NCBI GenBank assembly: GCA_031289755.1
Contig: JAITOU010000023.1
Span: forward strand, 102,837 to 166,836
Direction: 5' to 3'
Origin: Clostridiales bacterium
GTDB taxonomy: Bacteria > Bacillota > Clostridia > Christensenellales > JAISNN01
Length of the DNA stretch: 64,000 nucleotides
The notes beneath the pieces were generated by a model that saw only the letters and a program-made list of their open reading frames with translations, did not search any database and was not told the origin of the DNA. Position numbers and translations under genes: made by a program. Below, one piece after another: positions 30,415-39,093 of this stretch. How positions within the stretch are numbered: position 1 is the first letter of the stretch; the number at the start of each line of letters is the position of its first letter.

Positions 30415-31941
30415 ATGAAGAGAAAAGCTTTAAAATTGATTTCGTTTTTTGCAGTAATAATCGGCGCGGTCTTTATGATATACGGCTATTTTGAGTCGGC
30501 GCGTCTGCCCGACGTCTTTATCGACGGCTATCCGCAATTAAATATCGATTCTTCGTTTGAAGTCGCCGACCTGTCGGCGGACGCTTCCGTTACGCTGACG
30601 GACTATTCAAACTCCGAATTTTTGCTCGGCAATCCCGACCGCGGATTGAGATTGGAGACCTACATAACGCTCGGCAATCCGCTGACGACCTATCCGTTGC
30701 GCACGCAAGACCCTTTTCTTGCGGCGGCTAATGAGATAGCGAAGTATGCGCAGGACAAGCCTACGCTTGCGCAAACCTATATTTATCTGTCTAATTATTC
30801 AAAATCCGCGCTCGACGCGCAGGCATTCGCGCAAATGAAACGCTACTTCGAGCTTTTTCGCGACAACGGTATCAGAATGCTTGTGAGATTTGCGTATGCG
30901 ACCGAGAATGTTCCCGACGCAAGGTTTTATTATGTAAACAAACATCTCACCCAGATAGGTAAGTGGTTCAAAGAAAACGCCAAGCTCATTGACGATACCG
31001 TCTATTGCGTGCAGGCGGGCATAGTAGGGTATTGGGGAGAAGGGCATTCCAATTACAATTTTAACGGAGCGTACATAGGCAGAGCATACGCCTTGCTTGC
31101 CGATATCGTTCCGCCGAATATCTACGTTCAGGTACGCACGGACGAGCTTTATTATAAGCTTCCCGAAAAATACAGATTTAGAATAGGAATGCACCAGGAC
31201 TATATCATAGGCGACCCGACGGACGAATGGTGCTTTTATACGTCGGGCAGTGCCGAGAACCGTCAAAAGCTGCAAGAAGTTTTTAAATATACCGTAAACG
31301 ACGGCGAAATGCCGTGGGGAACGGCGTTTTTTAAGGACGTCGACGGCGACGCGCCTTTAAATAATATCGACGGCAAAAAGGTCATAAAGGAAATCACCGA
31401 ATATAATTTGACTTCGCTTTCGCTCACTCACAATTACCGCGAAAGTGATTTGAGAGCTCCTTACAGCATGGAACGCTGGAAAACTGAATATGTCGATACG
31501 GATATATTAAAGAGTATAGGCGCGCCGTATAATCAAAGGCTCTTTAAGGACGCCTACGGCAGCGACATAGCCATGTCGATATACGATTATATCAGATATC
31601 ATCTCGGCTATCAGCTCGCGCTTTCTAATGCCGCCGTCGTCGACGGCAATTTGACCTTTACCGTATCTAATTATGGCATGGCTGCGCCGCTCAATTTTAA
31701 CAATCTCGCCCTTGTCGTCAATAGCGGCGGCACGGAAAAGGAATACCGTATAGCGTCCTACGACAAAACGCTTTTGCAGCCCATGACGACGGTCAAAATA
31801 TCCGTCAAGCTTCCGTCCGATATCGCCCCTTCGTCAAAAATCGGCGTCAGACTCTCGACCAAAGGCGGTTCGGGAATATCGCTCCGCTTTGCAAACGGTA
31901 CACAGTTTGAAAACGGCGTTCAGTATTTTATGACCTTATAG
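30415..31941 (+). CDS. Secreted/anchored DUF4874 + DUF4832-like protein (putative glycoside hydrolase)
   Basis: N-terminal TM, with NPDRGLRLE and GYWGEGH motifs. Divergent from the GPH sugar transporter gene. Confidence 0.55.
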   Translation: MKRKALKLISFFAVIIGAVFMIYGYFESARLPDVFIDGYPQLNIDSSFEVADLSADASVTLTDYSNSEFLLGNPDRGLRLETYITLGNPLTTYPLRTQDPFLAAANEIAKYAQDKPTLAQTYIYLSNYSKSALDAQAFAQMKRYFELFRDNGIRMLVRFAYATENVPDARFYYVNKHLTQIGKWFKENAKLIDDTVYCVQAGIVGYWGEGHSNYNFNGAYIGRAYALLADIVPPNIYVQVRTDELYYKLPEKYRFRIGMHQDYIIGDPTDEWCFYTSGSAENRQKLQEVFKYTVNDGEMPWGTAFFKDVDGDAPLNNIDGKKVIKEITEYNLTSLSLTHNYRESDLRAPYSMERWKTEYVDTDILKSIGAPYNQRLFKDAYGSDIAMSIYDYIRYHLGYQLALSNAAVVDGNLTFTVSNYGMAAPLNFNNLALVVNSGGTEKEYRIASYDKTLLQPMTTVKISVKLPSDIAPSSKIGVRLSTKGGSGISLRFANGTQFENGVQYFMTL

Positions 31942-32160
31942 GTATATAAAGCGATAAGGCGCAAAAAAGACAGAGAAAAAAAATAAGCGTTAGCGTTCTC
32001 AAGCAATCGAACCGACTGAAAAGGACGGCGCAAAGCAGACGGAAATCAATCAACGGCTTCCGACAGCTACAGAAGCGCAGCGGGAAGAAAAAGCGGAGAT
32101 AGCCACCGATATTTGTGAGTAATGAATATTGAAAGACTTTTTTCCCAAAGGAGCTTAAAA

Positions 32161-32217
32161 AAAACGGATTGTTTTATTAAGCTGTATTCAATACAGTTTA
32201 ATAAAACAATCCGTTTT
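32161..32217. repeat. 57-bp near-perfect palindrome (28-bp arms, 1 mismatch)
   Basis: AAAACGGATTGTTTTATTAAGCTGTATT-C-AATACAGTTTAATAAAACAATCCGTTTT. Confidence 0.9.
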
Positions 32218-32378
32218 AAAATATCTTTTTTTTGAATATTTTATTTTTGTCGATGCAAAAAAGTAAATTTTATTAAAATATCCTTTTTTAAAATGCTTTT
32301 TTGAGTATTCTATTTGTCGGCGCAAAAGAAATGCCGTATAAAAAAGTATTCAATACTTTTTAGCGGACGGTAAAAAGA

Positions 32379-32407
32379 TTTTCATTTTATTTGTTTTATG
32401 ATATAAT
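32379..32407 (+). promoter_or_regulatory. Extended -10 promoter abutting the argS ATG
   Basis: TTTTCA-17 nt, then TG-A-TATAAT (32399-32407). The ATG at 32414 is 6 nt after the -10, and there is no SD. Confidence 0.5.
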
Positions 32408-32413
32408 AATCAA

Positions 32414-34105
32414 ATGGATTATATAAAAGAAATTGCGGAATTTATAAAAATAGACGGTGTTGAGCAAGGGGAGATAATTGCCGCCGTCGTGCCTGCCGCC
32501 GAAAGCGCTTTCGGGGATTATTCTTTGCCGTGCTTTAAATTTTCTAAGGTTTTAAAAAAATCGCCGAATTTGATAGCGGCGGAATTGAAAGAAAGCTTGT
32601 CGGCAAGCAAGCCGGATTTTATCGAAAAAATCGATGCGGTCGGCGGATATTTAAATTTCACTCTTGACAGAATGCTTTTTGTCAAAGCGACCTTGACCGA
32701 TATTATTGCAAGGGGAGCGGATTACGGCTCTTCGGACGAAGGGAGCGGCAAGACCGTTTGTATAGATTTTTCCTCTATCAATATCGCGAAGCCTTTTCAT
32801 ATAGGTCATCTCGGAACGACGGTGATAGGGGCTGCGCTCTACCGTATATTTAAAAAGTTAGGATACAATGTCGTCGGTATCAATCATCTCGGAGATTTCG
32901 GAACGCAATTCGGCAAGCTCATAGTCGCATACAAGCTCTGGGGCGACAAGACCGATATCGAGAAAAACGGCTTAAAATCGCTTGTCGATATTTACGTCAG
33001 ATTTCACAAGGAAGAAGAAGACAAGCCGGAGCTTACCGCGAGAGCGAGAGAATGGTTTTTAAGGATAGAAAAGGGCGATGCGGAAGCGACGGAGCTTTTT
33101 AATTTTTTTAAAGCTATAACGATGAAGGAAGTAGACAAGACCTACGAAAGACTCGGCGTTCATTTTGACAGCTACGCCGGAGAAAGCTTTTATAACGACA
33201 AAATGCAGCCGGTTATAGACGAGCTAAAAGCAAAAAATCTCTTGGAGATAAGCGACGGCGCGTCGATTGTAGACCTTTCGCCGTACGATATGCCGCCTTG
33301 TCTTATACTTAGAAGCGACGGCGCGTCTTTGTACGCGACAAGGGATTTGGCGACGATTTTTTATAGGAAAAAAACCTACGATTTTGATAAATGCCTTTAT
33401 GTCGTGGCGTATCAGCAAAACCTGCATTTCAAACAGGTTTTTAAGGTCATCGAATTGCTCGGTCACGAATATTACAAAGACCTTATACACGTAGCTTACG
33501 GCATGGTTTCGTTAGAAGAAGGCGCGATGTCGACCAGAAAGGGCAACATGGTCTATTTAAGCGACGTTCTCGATAAGGCAAGCGAAAAATCTCTGGCGAT
33601 AATCGGAGAAAAGTCGCCCGACTTAAAAAATCCGCGTGAAACGGCGGAAGCCGTCGGAGTAGGCGCGGTGATTTTTGGCGCACTCATCAATAACCGAATC
33701 AAGGACAACGTATTTTCTTACGAAAAAATACTCAATTTTGACGGCGAAACTGGGCCGTATCTCCAATACACCTATGCGAGATGCAACAGCATTTTGGAAA
33801 AGGCGGGGAAAATCGGCGATGCGGATATGTCGTCGATAGCCGGCGACGAAGCCTATGAGCTTGTCAAGCTGCTCAAACGCTATCCCGAAGTCTTAAAGTC
33901 GGCTAAGGAAAATTACGAACCGAGCTTTGTCACGAGATATCTCATCGACACGGCTCAGGCTTATAACAAATTTTATTTTGAATACAGAATACTCAACGAA
34001 AAGCAAGAGGTTAAAAACGCACGCGTCATGCTGACAAAAGCCGCTGCCGGAATATTAAAGGACGGGTTCGGGATAATCGGAATAAAAGCCGTAGAGCATA
34101 TGTAA
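32414..34105 (+). CDS. argS: Arginine--tRNA ligase
   Basis: 563 aa. Contains PFHIGHLG and MSTRKG (a KMSKS variant), with a C-terminal anticodon-binding domain. Confidence 0.97.
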   Translation: MDYIKEIAEFIKIDGVEQGEIIAAVVPAAESAFGDYSLPCFKFSKVLKKSPNLIAAELKESLSASKPDFIEKIDAVGGYLNFTLDRMLFVKATLTDIIARGADYGSSDEGSGKTVCIDFSSINIAKPFHIGHLGTTVIGAALYRIFKKLGYNVVGINHLGDFGTQFGKLIVAYKLWGDKTDIEKNGLKSLVDIYVRFHKEEEDKPELTARAREWFLRIEKGDAEATELFNFFKAITMKEVDKTYERLGVHFDSYAGESFYNDKMQPVIDELKAKNLLEISDGASIVDLSPYDMPPCLILRSDGASLYATRDLATIFYRKKTYDFDKCLYVVAYQQNLHFKQVFKVIELLGHEYYKDLIHVAYGMVSLEEGAMSTRKGNMVYLSDVLDKASEKSLAIIGEKSPDLKNPRETAEAVGVGAVIFGALINNRIKDNVFSYEKILNFDGETGPYLQYTYARCNSILEKAGKIGDADMSSIAGDEAYELVKLLKRYPEVLKSAKENYEPSFVTRYLIDTAQAYNKFYFEYRILNEKQEVKNARVMLTKAAAGILKDGFGIIGIKAVEHM

Positions 34106-34160
34106 TGCGGCGTTCCTTTCGGCGTCAAGACGCCGACGGAACACAAAAACGGGGCTGATT

Positions 34161-36320
34161 ATGGATTACGACAAGCTGACCGAAAAAATAAAAAACAATT
34201 ATTCAAAACGTGATTTTGATAAAATCATGCAGGCTTTTGAATTTTCAAAAAAAGCGCATGAAGGACAAAAACGCGCTTCCGGCGAGGATTATTTTGTCCA
34301 CCCTTGCTCGGTCGCGGAGATACTCGTCGATATGAAAATGGATTCTTCGACGATAATCGCGGCGTTTTTGCACGACGTGTTAGAGGACACCGCCGTCACC
34401 GACGTGGAAATGACGGCAAAATTCGGCGACGGAATAGTCACTCTCGTCAAGGGCGTGACAAAATTTGAAAAAATGAAATTTGCCAGCAAGATAGACGAGC
34501 AAGCCGAAAATCTCCGAAAAATGTTTTTGGCTATCGCCGAAGACATAAGGGTCGTCGTCATAAAGCTTGCCGACAGGCTGCACAATATGCGGACGCTGAT
34601 GAACAAGCCCCCCGAAAGCCGCCGTAATACTTCGGTCGAAACCTTAGAGATTTACGCGCCCTTTGCCGGTCGTCTCGGTATGTCGCAAATAAAGATAGAG
34701 CTTGAAGATTTGGCATTGTACTATCTCTATCCCGAAGTATACGAAGAGCTGAAAGGCAAGGTAAAGGCAAAACTCGAAGAAAGACAGGAATTTATAAATA
34801 AGGTCTGCGCCGAAATCAAATTGCGCCTTGCCGAAATGGCAATCGAAGGCGAGGTGTACGGCAGACCCAAGCATTTTTACAGCATCTTTAACAAGATGAA
34901 GAAGCAAAACAAAAAATTTGAGGAGATATACGACCTGATAGCGGTCAGGGTAATTGTGGACAACGTCAAGGATTGTTACGCCGTACTCGGAGTGATACAC
35001 ACTATGTGGACGCCCGTTCCGGGGCGTTTCAAGGACTACATCGCCATGAAAAAAGCCAACAACTATCAGTCGCTCCATACGACGGTATTTACAAAATTCG
35101 GCGCGTTATTCGAGATACAGATACGCACGCGTGAAATGCACGAGATAGCCGAATACGGTATCGCCGCCCATTGGAAATACAAAAACCCAAAGGCTCTCGG
35201 CGATGCGGAATACAGCGATAAGCTGAATTTTATCAAAAGCTTTATGGAAGCCGAAGTTTCTTTGAGCGACAATCAAGAATTTCTCGACATCGTCAAAACC
35301 GATATCGAACAGCACGAGCTTTATGTCTTTACGCCAAAGGGCAGAGTCGTAGACCTGCCCGTCGGCTCTACCGGCATAGATTTTGCTTACAATATTCACA
35401 GCGAATTAGGAAACAAATGCGTCGGTATCAAAATAAACGAAAAAATGGTCCCGATAGAAACAAAGCTCAAAAGCGGCGACGTCGTAGAAGTCATGACGTC
35501 GGCTAATTCTAAGGGTCCGAGCCGCGATTGGCTCAAAATCGTGCGCACGACAAGCGCAAAGTCCAAGATACATCAGTTCTTTAAGCGCGAGATGAAGGAC
35601 GACAACATCAAAAAGGGCAGAGAAATGCTCGAAAGCGAATCGCGCCACAAGGGTTACAGCTTCTCCGAGCTTATGCAGGGCAAGGGACTTCCCGACGTCA
35701 TGAAGCGGTATATGTTTACATCCGAAGACGATATGTTCGCGTCCGTCGGTTACGGCGGTATGAGTACGAAGCAGGTACTCTTTAAGCTCATCGAAGGCTA
35801 CAAAAAAGACAAAAAGAACGAATATAAAGAAAAAGGTCCGGACGTACCGGCGGCAGACAAAAAAGAATCTATCGGCGGCGTCATGATAGGCGGCTACAAC
35901 GAGCAAAACGCGCGGTTTGCAAGCTGCTGCAACCCCCTTCCGGGCGACGAAATAGTGGCGTATATCAGCAAGGGCAGGGGCGTAGCAGTCCACCGCTATG
36001 ACTGCCCTAATCTCAAAGGACTCGATAAGGAGCGTCTGCAAGCCGTCGGCTGGCCGTCGGTCATCGCTGGCGACCTTACGGCGAATATACGCGTCACTGT
36101 CATTGACCGCAAGGGTGTTTTTTCGGAGATATCGTCGCTTATCAGCACGCTCGGATATTCTCTCGAAGCCTTTCAGGGCAATCTTATGGACGACGATTCG
36201 ACGGGCGTCACAAAGGGCGACATCAAGCTTTCTATCAAAATCAAAAATATGGAAGACCTTAACACCGTTCTCAACAAGTTAAGGGCTGCAAAGGACGTCA
36301 TAGACGCGCAAAGATATTAG
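34161..36320 (+). CDS. relA: Bifunctional (p)ppGpp synthetase/hydrolase
   Basis: 719 aa. HD domain (HDVLEDT), synthetase domain (RPKHFYSIFNKM, YQSLHT), and TGS and ACT regions. Confidence 0.97.
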   Translation: MDYDKLTEKIKNNYSKRDFDKIMQAFEFSKKAHEGQKRASGEDYFVHPCSVAEILVDMKMDSSTIIAAFLHDVLEDTAVTDVEMTAKFGDGIVTLVKGVTKFEKMKFASKIDEQAENLRKMFLAIAEDIRVVVIKLADRLHNMRTLMNKPPESRRNTSVETLEIYAPFAGRLGMSQIKIELEDLALYYLYPEVYEELKGKVKAKLEERQEFINKVCAEIKLRLAEMAIEGEVYGRPKHFYSIFNKMKKQNKKFEEIYDLIAVRVIVDNVKDCYAVLGVIHTMWTPVPGRFKDYIAMKKANNYQSLHTTVFTKFGALFEIQIRTREMHEIAEYGIAAHWKYKNPKALGDAEYSDKLNFIKSFMEAEVSLSDNQEFLDIVKTDIEQHELYVFTPKGRVVDLPVGSTGIDFAYNIHSELGNKCVGIKINEKMVPIETKLKSGDVVEVMTSANSKGPSRDWLKIVRTTSAKSKIHQFFKREMKDDNIKKGREMLESESRHKGYSFSELMQGKGLPDVMKRYMFTSEDDMFASVGYGGMSTKQVLFKLIEGYKKDKKNEYKEKGPDVPAADKKESIGGVMIGGYNEQNARFASCCNPLPGDEIVAYISKGRGVAVHRYDCPNLKGLDKERLQAVGWPSVIAGDLTANIRVTVIDRKGVFSEISSLISTLGYSLEAFQGNLMDDDSTGVTKGDIKLSIKIKNMEDLNTVLNKLRAAKDVIDAQRY

Positions 36321-36379
36321 AGCGTTCGTACGTTCTGCGCCTTTAAAAAATTTTTTGTACTCTCTCCTATAAGGATATT

Positions 36380-37003
36380 ATGAAGATTTTGACAATTGTA
36401 AATTCCGTTTTGGCGGAAAACACTTATATAGTCTATGACGAAGCGACTTTAAAGGGCTTTATCGTAGACCCCGGCTCGGACGGAGAGAGAATAGAATCGG
36501 CTATCGGGGATAACGGACTGATTGTAGACACGGTTCTATTGACGCACGGACATTTTGACCATGCGCAATCTGCGCGGTTTTTTCAAAAGAAAAAGCTCAA
36601 AGTTTACATTCACAAAGCCGACGGCGAAAAGCTGTATTCGCGGTTTAATTTGAGCCGTTATACCGGCTACGCCTTTGAAGAGCTGCACGCCGACGCCGAA
36701 TTGTCCGACGGTGATATTGTCAATGCCGCAGGCTTTGATATCAAGACGGTTTTTACGCCGGGACACTCTAAGGGCGGCGTGTGTTATTATCTCAAAGAAC
36801 ACGGAGTCTTGTTCTCGGGCGACACGCTGTTTTCGGACGGGATAGGAAGAAGCGATTTTTATGACGGCGACTTCGCAACCCTAAAAAATTCCATTGAAAC
36901 GCGGCTTTTTATTCTCGACGGCGCGACGGCGGTTTTTCCCGGTCACGACGAAGCCACGACGATAGCAAAGGAACGGAATAACAAGGATTTATTCGGTGTA
37001 TAA
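36380..37003 (+). CDS. MBL-fold metallo-hydrolase (glyoxalase II-like)
   Basis: 207 aa. Contains LLTHGHFDH and FTPGHSKG. Confidence 0.9.
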   Translation: MKILTIVNSVLAENTYIVYDEATLKGFIVDPGSDGERIESAIGDNGLIVDTVLLTHGHFDHAQSARFFQKKKLKVYIHKADGEKLYSRFNLSRYTGYAFEELHADAELSDGDIVNAAGFDIKTVFTPGHSKGGVCYYLKEHGVLFSGDTLFSDGIGRSDFYDGDFATLKNSIETRLFILDGATAVFPGHDEATTIAKERNNKDLFGV

Positions 37004-37031
37004 TGAAGCATATAAGAAACGATATAATAGA

Positions 37032-37187
37032 TTAGTCCTATAACCTATCCGCCGACATATTTTGCGTCTTTTTGCCTTATACATCGTTGCCTTTTCCTTG
37101 TGTAGCTTATGCTACACGGCGTCAAATGCGCCTTGTATAAGGCAAAAATCCGCTACAATCTGTTCGTCATATAGGTTATAGGACTAA
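37032..37187 (+). repeat. Rod-like hairpin element, copy 2 of 3
   Basis: Same architecture as copy 1. A compensatory G-C to C-G exchange sits in the 15-bp stem (37075/37142 vs 14458/14525). Confidence 0.9.
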
Positions 37188-37364
37188 TCTAATATAGAAA
37201 GTAACGATCAGGGGGTGATGTATATAAGGAAGTCAGGACAATGGAAAATATGAAAATGTTCGTACATAAATAAATTAGAACAATGGGAGATTGTTCCGTA
37301 CATAAATAAATTAGGGATTTTTATAAAGTAAGTAAAAAAATATTAAAAAGGGGATAGTATACTT

Positions 37365-38609
37365 ATGGATAAAAATCTTATCGCTAACCAATCCAATGTC
37401 ACAATATTACCGGAAGCACCGAACAGAATGCGGTCGATAGACCAGATTCGCGGACTGCTTATATTTTTAAACGCCGTAACTTATATTTGCGGTGCGTTTG
37501 TAGCAATAACCTCAAAGCTTCCGTTTGTTAACGGAGACAAATTTACGTTTGAATTATTGAAGGGCATTCCGCTCGACGATATTTTCTTGCCGATGTTCGT
37601 TTTTATCATGGGCTTAACGGCTTGCAGCAGCTTCAAAAAATTGCAGGAAGCCAAAGGGCAAACCTTTGCGGCTAAGAAATTCGCCTTTAAATACTTGGTT
37701 TTAATCGGCTTCGGTACGGTGATGATGGACGGACTTGCTTGTGCTTACGAATTTATCGCCGGAAAAATTTTAAGCGAATTTAAACTCGGCGAGCAAGCCG
37801 CAATCATATTGTTTTTTGCTTGTCTGCCGCTGATACTGTTTTATTTTATAACCAAAATTATCAGGAACAAAAAGCTAACCAAAATCGCCGGATTGATGAT
37901 AAAAATCGTTTGGGCATTCGGCGGCGCGGCGGCGGTATTTTTCTTGGCGACCTCGACGGGGGCAATTTTTAGCGGTGTGCCGCAGCAAAATATTTGGGAC
38001 GTTTTTCAAACGATAGGTCTGGCGGGTCTGATAGCCCTTCCGTTTATGGGACTGAATAGATATGGCAAGCTTATCGCGGCTCTTGCTTTGGGCGTGCTTT
38101 TGACGGCGTTTTACCGATACGGCGGTTTACAGGGCTTCGGCGACAATATCTTTAACGGCGGTCTTGTAGGCGGCTTCGGCTGGGCTATCGCTGTTTTGTT
38201 AGGCGGATACTTCCGTGACGTCAAGCAAAAGCCCGTTTTGTATTGGGTGTCCGCTATCGTCGCGGTAGCCGTTCCGGCGGTGCTTGTCACGGTCTTTGGC
38301 TTTGTGGCGGTAAGGCGCGGCTGTACGCCCGTTTACGCGGTTTTTGCCTCCGGCTTAGGCGCGGTTATCTGGGGGATTTTTAATCTGATAGAGAGAGTCT
38401 ATAAGCCTAAGTACAGCTTTTTGAGTATCTGGGGCGGCTCGTCGCTCCTGACCTACGCCTTATCTATGGTTTTCGCGACCCTGCTTCAAACCTTTGTGCC
38501 GATAGAAACGCCGCTTTTTGCGGCAATAATCGTCTCCGTCGTCATCGTCGGCGGCTTATACGCTTTAAATCATATTTTGACCCGAAAAGATATACACATC
38601 AAAATATAG
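37365..38609 (+). CDS. Polytopic membrane protein (DUF5009 / heparan-alpha-glucosaminide N-acetyltransferase-like N-terminus)
   Basis: 414 aa with at least 10 hydrophobic segments. RMRSIDQIRGLLIFLN resembles the R..S.D..RG start of that family. Confidence 0.45.
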   Translation: MDKNLIANQSNVTILPEAPNRMRSIDQIRGLLIFLNAVTYICGAFVAITSKLPFVNGDKFTFELLKGIPLDDIFLPMFVFIMGLTACSSFKKLQEAKGQTFAAKKFAFKYLVLIGFGTVMMDGLACAYEFIAGKILSEFKLGEQAAIILFFACLPLILFYFITKIIRNKKLTKIAGLMIKIVWAFGGAAAVFFLATSTGAIFSGVPQQNIWDVFQTIGLAGLIALPFMGLNRYGKLIAALALGVLLTAFYRYGGLQGFGDNIFNGGLVGGFGWAIAVLLGGYFRDVKQKPVLYWVSAIVAVAVPAVLVTVFGFVAVRRGCTPVYAVFASGLGAVIWGIFNLIERVYKPKYSFLSIWGGSSLLTYALSMVFATLLQTFVPIETPLFAAIIVSVVIVGGLYALNHILTRKDIHIKI

Positions 38610-38640
38610 CCGATAATAAATATAGTATAAAATATCTGTA

Positions 38641-38669
38641 TTGACATTTTGCAAATATTGTATTATAAT
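38641..38669 (+). promoter_or_regulatory. Perfect consensus sigma-A promoter
   Basis: TTGACA-17 nt-TATAAT. Confidence 0.75.
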
Positions 38670-38747
38670 TAACTCGGTTGGAAAAAGACGGCAGGCTTGC
38701 TTTTGCCGTCTAAAAATCATAAATATAAAAAACGGAGGGAATATTAA

Positions 38748-38984
38748 ATGGGCGAGACGAATGAGTTTGAACGCAACAATCTAAAATACACGGAGAACGG
38801 CGTAAATTTTGCAGTAATTTTTGACAAAGGCGGCAAATGGCAAGCGTCGTCGGGACAGGTAGCCTTAGCTCCTCAAAAAGAACCCGAAAAACCTAAAAAC
38901 CGTCAATATCAAGCGGTTTTGGGCGACCCCTACATAGCTTCTTCGCTTAAAGAAGTAGATGCCTTGCAGAAAAAAAAGAAGTAA
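38748..38984 (+). CDS. Hypothetical small protein (78 aa)
   Basis: Has a GGAGGG SD, a consensus promoter 80 nt upstream and a Lys-rich C-terminus. No motif recognised. Confidence 0.5.
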   Translation: MGETNEFERNNLKYTENGVNFAVIFDKGGKWQASSGQVALAPQKEPEKPKNRQYQAVLGDPYIASSLKEVDALQKKKK

Positions 38985-39031
38985 GGCAACACCGCAAATC
39001 ACCGGAATAATAGTAAAATCATACACGGCTT

Positions 39032-39054
39032 AGCCGCATTAATTTAATGCGGCT
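39032..39054. promoter_or_regulatory. 23-bp perfect palindrome overlapping the -35 region of the hemZ-like gene
   Basis: AGCCGCATTAA-T-TTAATGCGGCT. TATAAT at 39060-39065. Confidence 0.3.
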
Positions 39055-39093
39055 CGGTCTATAATTATCGGCTTCAAATACGGGAGCAAGCAT

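Noticed and set aside
35406-36041. Long antisense ORFs inside conserved genes (for example 35406-36041 in relA, 50315-51121 and 47733-48326 in the ABC genes, 19742-20395 in cysS, 4036-4491 in gyrA, 55097-55594 in spoIIIA)
   Set aside because: All lie opposite strongly supported CDSs. They have Arg/His/Val-rich low-complexity translations typical of the reverse frame of coding DNA, no SD sequences and no recognisable motifs.
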